64,000 bases of DNA from an uncultured bacterium (lineage in GTDB: Bacteria; Krumholzibacteriota; Krumholzibacteriia; LZORAL124-64-63). The stretch spans positions 224,001-288,000 of the forward strand of contig CAVSZB010000003.1 of NCBI GenBank assembly GCA_963732385.1, in the 5' to 3' direction. The first letter of the stretch is position 1; each line of letters begins with the position of its first letter. The translations under genes and the position numbers were made by a program. Of this stretch, positions 55,550 to 64,000 are shown in pieces. The notes under the pieces are model-generated. The model saw only the letters and a list, made by a program, of their open reading frames with translations, was not told where the DNA came from and ran no database searches.

Positions 55550-56875
55550 TCAGGTCACCTCCGGTGCGGGGACGCCCCGACGGGCGTCGGGCAGCGCCAG
55601 TTCGAAGCGTACGCGACCGCCGTCGTTCCGGGCGAGCGTCAGCTCGCCACCGTGGGCGCGGGCGATGTTCCGCGTGATCGCCAGACCCAGTCCGGAGCCG
55701 CCGGCCCGGGTCGTGAAGAACGGCTCGCCCAGGCGGGGGGTCAGCTCCGCGGCGATCGGCGCCCCCTCGTTCTCGACGTGGAAGACCACGCCATGCTCCC
55801 CGTCGCAACGGGCGCCCGCGGTGACGGTCGCGCCGGGACGCGACGCCTGCAGGGCGTTCACCAGCAGGTTGAGCAGGGCCTGCTGCAGCCGGAACGGATC
55901 CACCAGCACGGCGCAGTCGTCCTCGCACGCGGAGCGCACCGCGATGCCGGTCTCCTGGGCGCGGGCCTGCGCCAGACCGGTCAGGTAGGACAGCAGCTCG
56001 GCCGTCGTGGTGGCGTGCAGTTCGAGGGGGCGCGGCCGCGCGTAGTCGAGGAAGTCGGTGGTCAGCCGTTCGAGGCGGCGCGCCTCGCCGGCCACGATGT
56101 CGCACAGCTCGGCGCGCCGTCCGTCGGCCGGCTCCTCGTCCTTCACCATCAGGGCCGAGCTCAGGATCATCGCCACCGGATTGCGGATCTCGTGCGCGAT
56201 CGCCCCCGCCAGCCGGCCCACCGCCGCCAGCTTCTCGTCCTCGACGAGCCGGTCCTTCGTCCGTTCGAGCTCGGCCAGGCTCTCTCGCAACCGCTGCCGG
56301 TCGTGGCGCAGCTGGTCGGTGAGTTGGCCAACGACGATGCCGGCCACGAAATATATGAGCACGACCGTGGCGGCTTCGTAGAATTCGCGCGGCATCCACG
56401 GGGGATGCTTGAGGTAATAAAGGCAGAGGTCGACCATGGTCAGCAGCCCCGCGGTCGCCGCGGTCAGCAGGATGGCCGGCATACGGAAGCGGAACGCCGC
56501 CGACATGATCGGCAGCATCAGCAGCACCGAGTAATGGCTGTCTTCCGCCCCGCCCAGGTAGGCCACCACCACGCCGAGCAGCAGCTTCACCGGCACCGAG
56601 ATGCGGGGGTAGATGAAGATCGCGCGCGGTCCGAACGGCGCTCGCCGGGCCCGCAGGGCGAACAGCTCGACGGTCTGCAGCAGAAAGAACGTGGCGCTGG
56701 CGACCAGCACGGGGCGGTTGGGCGCCCCGAGGATTCCGCTGAAGCCGAGGTGCACGAGCACGAGCGCCGCCAGCACCGCCAGATTGAGCCCGACCAGGGC
56801 GGACTCCTGCCGGCGGAAGAGATCGGAATCGGCCGACTCGGGCGGCGGCGGCGCAGATGACAAACGTTTTTCCAT
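55550..56875 (-). CDS. Membrane sensor histidine kinase
   Basis: Transmembrane helices, AHEIRNP, PFFTTR, GSGLGL. Confidence 0.92.
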   Translation of the reverse strand: MEKRLSSAPPPPESADSDLFRRQESALVGLNLAVLAALVLVHLGFSGILGAPNRPVLVASATFFLLQTVELFALRARRAPFGPRAIFIYPRISVPVKLLLGVVVAYLGGAEDSHYSVLLMLPIMSAAFRFRMPAILLTAATAGLLTMVDLCLYYLKHPPWMPREFYEAATVVLIYFVAGIVVGQLTDQLRHDRQRLRESLAELERTKDRLVEDEKLAAVGRLAGAIAHEIRNPVAMILSSALMVKDEEPADGRRAELCDIVAGEARRLERLTTDFLDYARPRPLELHATTTAELLSYLTGLAQARAQETGIAVRSACEDDCAVLVDPFRLQQALLNLLVNALQASRPGATVTAGARCDGEHGVVFHVENEGAPIAAELTPRLGEPFFTTRAGGSGLGLAITRNIARAHGGELTLARNDGGRVRFELALPDARRGVPAPEVT

Positions 56876-56992
56876 GGACGCGGAGTATAACCGGGCCGGC
56901 GGGCGGCGCCACCCCGAGTCTTCCCGTCCCCGCCGCGCGGCTGCGTGGTGTACGCGCCGGGAGCGTAGACGGCGGCGTCCCGGGAGTTCCCC

Positions 56993-58234
56993 TCACTCGT
57001 AGCGCAGGGCCTCGATCGGGTCGATCTCCGCGGCCCGCCGCGCCGGGAACAGACCCGCGAGCAGGGCGATCGTCGCGAGGATCACCACCGTCACGAAAGC
57101 CACCATGCGCGAGAAGATGGGGTGTCCCATGAAGCGCAGCGGTCCGGAGTCGTCCGGCACGAGCCCCACCAGGGCCACGAGCAGCCACGACACCAGGATG
57201 CCGACCGCACCGCCGCTGCCGGTGATCAGCAACGCCTCGATCATGTGCTGCGCCACGATGTGCCGCCGCCGCGCTCCGACCGCGCGCTTGATGCCGATCT
57301 CCGGCGTCCGTTCCTTCACGACGACGAACATGATGTTCGCCACGCCCACTCCGGCCACGACCAGCGTCATCGTCCCGATCACGGCGAAGAAGATGTTCAG
57401 GCCGAGCATGATCTTGCGACCGATCTCCTCGTTGGCGATGTCGTCGTCGATGTCGACTGCGTAGGTGTCGGTCGGGTCGAAGCGGTACTTGCGACCGAGC
57501 AGGTCGCGGATGTCGCGGATCAGTTCCTTCGTGCGCGTGCGGTCGGCCGGGCGGATCAGGATCCGGTTCACCCGCTGAGCGCCGTAGACGGTCTGGAAGG
57601 TCGACCAGGGCAGGATCACGCGGTCGGCGTCGGGGCCGTTGCTCATCGACATCTGCACTTTGGCCGCCATCACGCCGACGACCTTGTATGGCAGTCCGTC
57701 GATCTCGACGAACTGGCCGACCGGATCCTCCGCCGCGAACAGCTTTTTCGCGATGCCGTCGCCGAGGAATGCCACGCGCCGCTTTCCGATCACGTCCGCG
57801 TCGTTGAGGAAACGACCGTTGCCGGGGAAGAAGTGGCGCATGAGAGCGAAGTCGGGGGCCGTCCCCTCGCCGTAGGTTGTGGTGCGCTCCCGCCCGCGGC
57901 TGACGATCATGCCGTTACGGCCGAAGCTGGGAGAGATGAGTCCCACGAGCGGCAGGTTCTCGCGCAGGAGTTGCATGTCGTCCATGGTGAAGTTGATCGT
58001 CCGGATCGCCGGCAGTCCCTGGAACGGCTTGGTGGTCTCGCCGGCCCGCACCGTGACCACGGCGTCGGAGTAGTTGAGATTGCCCTCCATCACGCGCCGC
58101 TCGAGCCCGAACCCGAAGGCGAGCAGCAGCACGACCGACATCGTGCCCCAGACGATGCCGCCCACGGTCAAAAAGACCCGCGTCTTCTGGTGGCGAAGGT
58201 CGTGCAGCAGTTCCTGCCGGAACGTCGTCCACAT
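56993..58234 (-). CDS. MacB/FtsX-family ABC permease
   Basis: GIVWG, GRFLN, GVANIM..VKERTPEIGIKRAVGA, PARRAA..DPIEALRYE. Confidence 0.92.
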   Translation of the reverse strand: MWTTFRQELLHDLRHQKTRVFLTVGGIVWGTMSVVLLLAFGFGLERRVMEGNLNYSDAVVTVRAGETTKPFQGLPAIRTINFTMDDMQLLRENLPLVGLISPSFGRNGMIVSRGRERTTTYGEGTAPDFALMRHFFPGNGRFLNDADVIGKRRVAFLGDGIAKKLFAAEDPVGQFVEIDGLPYKVVGVMAAKVQMSMSNGPDADRVILPWSTFQTVYGAQRVNRILIRPADRTRTKELIRDIRDLLGRKYRFDPTDTYAVDIDDDIANEEIGRKIMLGLNIFFAVIGTMTLVVAGVGVANIMFVVVKERTPEIGIKRAVGARRRHIVAQHMIEALLITGSGGAVGILVSWLLVALVGLVPDDSGPLRFMGHPIFSRMVAFVTVVILATIALLAGLFPARRAAEIDPIEALRYE

Positions 58235-58239
58235 CGCGT

Positions 58240-59517
58240 CTAGCCTCTCAACGCCTCGATCGGGTCGATGTTGGCCGCCCGCCGCGCCGGGAACCAGCCG
58301 GCCAGGAAGGCCACGGTCGTGATGATGGTCACGGAGACGAGCGCCACCAACGGATCGATGACCGGCGTGCCGAGCGCCTCTTTCGCATCGGCCGGCATGT
58401 TGGCCACTGCCGTGACGATGCCCCAGGCGAGCAGCCCGCCGATGACCGCCCCGACCCCGGTGATGAAGCAGGTCTCGGCCAGGAACTGCGCCATGATCAC
58501 CCAGCGCCGCGCGCCGACCGCTCGCCGGATGCCGATCTCGCGCGTCCGCTCCCGCACGACGACATACATGATGTTCGAAACGCCAAGTCCCCCCACGCCC
58601 AGCGTCATCACGCCCATCATGAGGAGAAAGATGCTGAAGCCGGTGAAGAAGAGCGAGAACTCGGAGAAGAACTCGGCGCTGTCCCAGATGTTGACCGCGT
58701 CCTCGTCGGCCGGATCGAACACGTACTTGCGCGCCAGCACCTCGCGCACCTTCACCACGACCTCTGTCGACCGGTCCCATCCGTAGCGAGTGGTGAAGAC
58801 GATGTTGCCCACGTTGCGCTCGCCGAACATCGCGACATAGGTGGTGCAGGGGATGAAGGCGCGATCCTCGTCGCGCGCGTTGTAGTTCGAATTCTGGTTC
58901 TTCGTGCGCAGCACGCCGATGACCCGGAACGGCACCCCGTTGAGCAACACCGATTCGCCCACCGGATCCTTGTCGGCGCCGAAAAGGAATTCGCTCACCT
59001 TGTCGCCCAGGAAGACGACCCGTCGCCGCTCGTCGAGGTCGCGCGCGTTGAACCAGCGCCCCCCCGGGCGCGGGATCTCGTTGCGGATATCGCCGTATTC
59101 GACGTTCACCCCCGACACCAGCGGGCTGCGCACCTTGTCGCCCACGCGCAGTACCGCGTCCCAGCGCGCGTACTCCTCGCTGATCTTCGCCACCTCGGGC
59201 ACCTGTTGGCGCAGCAGCGTCACGTCCGACGCCACGAGCCGGATATTACGGTCCACGCCGAAGCCCCGATACGGCATGGTCGTGGAGCCGGGGAAGAGCA
59301 GGATCACCGCGTCGCCCATCCCGCGCATGTTGACCAGGTTCTGCCGCTTCACGCTCGTCCCGAGGGCCATCATGATGACGACAGCCGCCGTCCCCCAGAC
59401 GATCCCGAACGTCGTCATCGCCGCCCGCCGCCGCTGCGCGCGCAGGTCGGCCTGGAACTCCCGGAACAGGGAGAGCAGGTGGGAGAGGTTGACGAGAAAG
59501 GAGCGGATCGAAGTCAT
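58240..59517 (-). CDS. MacB/FtsX-family ABC permease
   Basis: GIVWG, GVSNIMY..RERTREIGIRRAVGA, DPIEALR. Confidence 0.92.
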   Translation of the reverse strand: MTSIRSFLVNLSHLLSLFREFQADLRAQRRRAAMTTFGIVWGTAAVVIMMALGTSVKRQNLVNMRGMGDAVILLFPGSTTMPYRGFGVDRNIRLVASDVTLLRQQVPEVAKISEEYARWDAVLRVGDKVRSPLVSGVNVEYGDIRNEIPRPGGRWFNARDLDERRRVVFLGDKVSEFLFGADKDPVGESVLLNGVPFRVIGVLRTKNQNSNYNARDEDRAFIPCTTYVAMFGERNVGNIVFTTRYGWDRSTEVVVKVREVLARKYVFDPADEDAVNIWDSAEFFSEFSLFFTGFSIFLLMMGVMTLGVGGLGVSNIMYVVVRERTREIGIRRAVGARRWVIMAQFLAETCFITGVGAVIGGLLAWGIVTAVANMPADAKEALGTPVIDPLVALVSVTIITTVAFLAGWFPARRAANIDPIEALRG

Positions 59518-59557
59518 CGGGACACGGCTCCGGATCGATTCGGGTGACGGCCGGCGG

Positions 59558-60667
59558 CTAAAGCGTCTTCTCAGGCTTCTCCAGGACCTCCTGCCCCTCG
59601 GTCAGCCCCGTCGTGATCTCGATGCGGATCGCGTCCGAAAGGCCGGTCGTGATGGGGGTGCGCACGCGCGCGCCGGCCGCGCCGCTGATCTCGACCCAGG
59701 TGCTGTCGTTCGCGCTGTGGACGACCCGTTCGGGCAGGGTGAGCACCCCGTCCGCCCGCCGGATGATGATGTCCGCGTTCGCCGAGTAGCCGGCTCGCAA
59801 CAGCGGACCCCCGGTCCCTTCGATCGCGATCTCGACCGGGAACATCCGCGTGTTGTTCTCCTCGCGCGCCTTCAGCGAGATCCGCGCGAGACGCCCCGGC
59901 ACCGTCTGGCCCGGCAGCGCCCCGATCTTGACCTCGACCGGCATGCCGACGGAGAGTTTGCCGACGTCGATCTCGTCGACGGTTCCCTTGAAGATGAGGC
60001 TGTCCATGTTGGCCATCGTCATCAGGACCGTGCCCTCCTGATAGGAGGTGAGCGGCACCACCGGATCGCCCAGGTTGACGTTCCGCTCCAGGATCGCCCC
60101 GGAGATCGGCGCCCGCACGATCGCCTCGATCTCCCGCCCCGCGATGCTGACGCTCCCCTTCTCGAGCAGCTGCAGCCGCTCGCGCCCCGCCGCGACCTGC
60201 ATCTGCGCCAATTCGAACGCCTTCTCGGCCGCCTCGTACTCCCGGTCGGCCACCATGCCGCGCGTGAGCAGGTCGCGCGTGCGGTTGAGCTCCTTCTCCG
60301 CGTTGCGCAGCGTGATTTCGTCGAGGTCGATGCGCCGGCGCGCGTCGGCCACCTCGAGCGGCGTCGGGTCGGGCTGGATCTCCAGCAACGGCGCCCCCGC
60401 CGGCACGATCTGCCCCGGCTCCCGGTAGACCTTCTTCACGACCCCCGACACGCGGGCCTTCACCGAGATCTCGTCGCGCGGCACGATCGATCCGACCGCG
60501 AGGGCCTTCTCGACGACCGATCCCCGCTCGACCTTCACGACGGGGGCGGCGTTCTTCGCCTTGCCGTTGCGTTTCATGACGGTGAATCCGACCGCGCCGC
60601 CAACCACGACGACGATCGCCACGACGATCCAGACCAGGCGCCTGCGGCGCGGACCATTCCGATTCAT
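59558..60667 (-). CDS. Efflux periplasmic adaptor (MacA-like MFP)
   Basis: [32 protein letters not shown]. Confidence 0.92.
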   Translation of the reverse strand: MNRNGPRRRRLVWIVVAIVVVVGGAVGFTVMKRNGKAKNAAPVVKVERGSVVEKALAVGSIVPRDEISVKARVSGVVKKVYREPGQIVPAGAPLLEIQPDPTPLEVADARRRIDLDEITLRNAEKELNRTRDLLTRGMVADREYEAAEKAFELAQMQVAAGRERLQLLEKGSVSIAGREIEAIVRAPISGAILERNVNLGDPVVPLTSYQEGTVLMTMANMDSLIFKGTVDEIDVGKLSVGMPVEVKIGALPGQTVPGRLARISLKAREENNTRMFPVEIAIEGTGGPLLRAGYSANADIIIRRADGVLTLPERVVHSANDSTWVEISGAAGARVRTPITTGLSDAIRIEITTGLTEGQEVLEKPEKTL

Positions 60668-60816
60668 AACAGATCCAGCCTTGTTGGGGGTCTCAGCCGT
60701 GCATGCACGGGGAGGAGACGCAGGAAGAGGGGGTAGTGTTCCGTCGCCGCCAAGTATTGTCGTGGGGGCCCCAGGATGGCCGTTCGCGACCGCGTGGTAT
60801 GCCCTCCTTTACATTA

Positions 60817-60834
60817 TGTTAAATATACTTGACA
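60817..60834 (+). promoter_or_regulatory. Imperfect palindrome overlapping -35 TTGACA (putative XRE operator)
   Basis: tgttaaatatacttgaca upstream of the XRE gene. Confidence 0.5.
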
Positions 60835-60863
60835 TCACAATTCCGGTCGACGATGCTCCGGGC

Positions 60864-61094
60864 ATGGACGACAACGTGCGCAGCGAAGTCCGGAAGCACC
60901 GATTCCTGAACGGCGAGATGACCCAGGGGGAGCTCGCGGCCCGGGTCGGTGTGAGCCGCCAGACGATCATCGCCATCGAGAAGGGGAAGTACAACCCCTC
61001 CGTCGGGCTGGCGATCCGGATCGCGCGGGTGTTTGGGGCGCCGGTGGAATCGCTCTTCGGCTTCGCGGACGACGAGCGGGTCTGGGACGACTGA
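60864..61094 (+). CDS. XRE-family HTH regulator
   Basis: [28 protein letters not shown]. Confidence 0.93.
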   Translation: MDDNVRSEVRKHRFLNGEMTQGELAARVGVSRQTIIAIEKGKYNPSVGLAIRIARVFGAPVESLFGFADDERVWDD

Positions 61095-61138
61095 ACGGAC
61101 CGCCCGGCCGGTCGGCCCCCCCCGCGGAAAGGACGGCT

Positions 61139-61868
61139 ATGACCTCCCCTCGCCTGGAGAGCGTCGTGAGCGCGCTCGGCAATCGCCTCGGCTGGCGCCC
61201 CTCGCGCGCCACCCTGATCGCCGCCGCCGTGGTGATCGGCGGCTTCCTGCTGACCGGCGTGAGCTGGTGGTTCATCGCCCTGTCGGGCCTCGGCGCCGTC
61301 GGCCCCGGCGTCCTGCGCGAGCTGGGCTGGCTGCGCGACAAGGACGAGTTCGCCCGCCGCGCCGCCCAGCGCGCCGGCTACCACGCCTTCCTCGTCACGG
61401 CGCTGGCCGGCTTCGTCATCGCCGGCTACACCCGCTCCGGCGAGCGCCACCTGAAGAACCCCGAGGAGTTGGCCACGCTCTTCCTGGCGCTGCTCTGGTT
61501 CACCTGGCTGCTCAGTTCGCTGCTGGCCTTCTGGGGCGCCCGCCGGGCGTCGCAACGGATCCTGCTCGGCTTCGGCATCTGCTGGCTGCTCTTCTGCATG
61601 GCCGACAGCTGGCAGCACCCCCTCGGCATGCTGATCCACTGCGTCCCGGCGCTGCCGTTCTTCCTGCTGGCCTGGATGGCCCGGCGCTGGCCGCGCGTGG
61701 CGGGCGGCGCTGCTGATCCTGGCGGGCGCGGGCATGTACGTGTTCTTCCGCTTCTGGACGGACGAGCGGGGTGGCCTCGTCACCCAGACGGTGACCGCGG
61801 TCCTGCTCGTGGGTCCGCTGCTGGGCAGCGGCCTGGCTCTGGTGCGGGGCGATGCGGAGGCGGCGTGA
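61139..61868 (+). CDS. Membrane protein; apparent frameshift near 61705
   Basis: Multiple hydrophobic segments, DEF..RAA..AGY; continues as ALLILAGAGMYVFF in the shifted frame. Confidence 0.7.
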
Positions 61869-62881
<1,013 letters not shown>

Positions 62882-63940
62882 TTACGCGGACTTCAGCGAC
62901 TCCATGTCGATCGAGAAGCGGTACTTCACATCGGAGCGCACCAGCCGCTCGTAGGCCTCGTTGATCCTCTGGATGGGGATGATCTCCACGTCAGCTGTGA
63001 TGCCGTGCGCGCCGCAGAAGTCGAGCATCTCCTGGGTCTCCGCGATGCCGCCGATCAGCGAGCCGGACAGGCTTCGGCGACCGAACAGCAGGGCAAAGGA
63101 CGACACCGACAGCGGCGTCTCCGGCGCGCCGACCAGCGTCAGGTTGCCGTCCAGGGCCAGCAGGTTGAGGTAGGCGTTGAGGTCGTGATCCGCCGAGACG
63201 GTGTCCAGGATGAAGTCGAAGCTGCCCGCGTGCTTCGCCATCCCGTCGGCCTCGCGGGAGTTGACGACCTCGTGGGCCCCCAGCCGCAGGGCATCTTCGA
63301 CTTTCGAACGTGAAGTCGTGAACACCACGACATGGGCGCCGAAGGCCCGGGCGAACTTCACCCCCATGTGGCCCAGGCCGCCGAGGCCGACGACACCGAC
63401 CTTCCGGCCCTCGCGGACGTTCCCGTGACGCATGGGCGAGTAGGTCGTGATCCCCGCGCAGAGCAGCGGCGCGACCCCGGCCAGGTCCAGGTTGGAGGGA
63501 ACCCGCAGGACAAACCGCTCATCGACGACGATGCTATCGGAATAGCCTCCGTACGTGACTCCCCCGAGATGCTTGTCCGGACCGTTGTAGGTGAAGACGG
63601 CGCCGGGGCAGAACTGCTCCTGATCGGCCCGGCAGTTGGGGCAGGTGTGGTCCGAGTCGACCAGACAGCCCACGCCCACGAGGTCGCCCGGCTTGTAGTT
63701 CGTGACCGCCGATCCGATCTTGGTGACCCTGCCGACGATCTCGTGGCCCGGCACGACCGGGTAGACCGTGGGCATGATGCTGCTCCACTCGTTGCGCACC
63801 GTGTGCAGGTCGGAGTGGCAGACTCCGCAGAAGAGGATCTCGATCTGGACGTCCGTGGCCGTGGCGTCGCGCCGCGGGATGGTGGTGGAGGCCAGCGCAG
63901 AGGTGGCGCTGGCCGCGGAGTAGGCCTTGGCTCTGTGCAT
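62882..63940 (-). CDS. NADP-dependent zinc alcohol dehydrogenase (CAD-like)
   Basis: CGVCHSD, GHEIVG, PLLCAGITTY, GLGGLG, KYRFSID. Confidence 0.95.
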   Translation of the reverse strand: MHRAKAYSAASATSALASTTIPRRDATATDVQIEILFCGVCHSDLHTVRNEWSSIMPTVYPVVPGHEIVGRVTKIGSAVTNYKPGDLVGVGCLVDSDHTCPNCRADQEQFCPGAVFTYNGPDKHLGGVTYGGYSDSIVVDERFVLRVPSNLDLAGVAPLLCAGITTYSPMRHGNVREGRKVGVVGLGGLGHMGVKFARAFGAHVVVFTTSRSKVEDALRLGAHEVVNSREADGMAKHAGSFDFILDTVSADHDLNAYLNLLALDGNLTLVGAPETPLSVSSFALLFGRRSLSGSLIGGIAETQEMLDFCGAHGITADVEIIPIQRINEAYERLVRSDVKYRFSIDMESLKSA

Positions 63941-64000
63941 CGAAGCTCCTCCTGTCGTGTGCGGGTCGAGCGCGGCCCCGGCCCCGGCGTGAGGCCCGCA

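Noticed and set aside
60797..60824. dif site (exact XerD-arm match TTATGTTAAAT at 60814-60824)
   Set aside because: The XerC arm lacks the ATAA core, and the sequence is better explained as the XRE operator/promoter; a genome-wide dif scan would settle it

Overview
A GC-rich bacterial chromosomal window. A secreted protein with a C-terminal FlgD-Ig-like domain suggests an FCB-affiliated candidate lineage such as Krumholzibacteriota, Latescibacterota or Eisenbacteria (inference only). In order, it contains: (1) a [FeFe]-hydrogenase locus with a 5'-partial HydB/NuoF fused to a GltD-like flavoprotein, HydA, a response regulator, a group C sensory hydrogenase fused to a histidine kinase, and a hybrid kinase; (2) a NERD-helicase and an AbiEi-like fusion gene; (3) envelope genes, Tat-signal TldD with TldE, a hybrid kinase and an MFS transporter; (4) a ~16 kb accessory/defence-like region with an AbiE TA pair, an ankyrin-PD40 protein, a lower-GC restriction-modification islet, MerR+VWA, DUF1016, an ORF6N remnant and Fic; (5) an archaeal-type HMG-CoA synthase/thiolase/DUF35 operon; (6) GH20, housekeeping genes including asnS, a sigma54 two-component system, MacAB-type export genes and oxidoreductases. 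The non-coding highlights are a dispersed 97-99 bp asymmetric hairpin repeat family at six or more intergenic loci, long perfect palindromes inside and upstream of the DUF1016 and ORF6N genes, and a 52-bp direct repeat bracketing the MerR/VWA module. About ten single-base frameshifts, including one in asnS, look like sequencing or assembly indels. I saw no rRNA, tRNA, CRISPR array or reverse transcriptase. All family assignments are from motif recognition by eye, not database searches.
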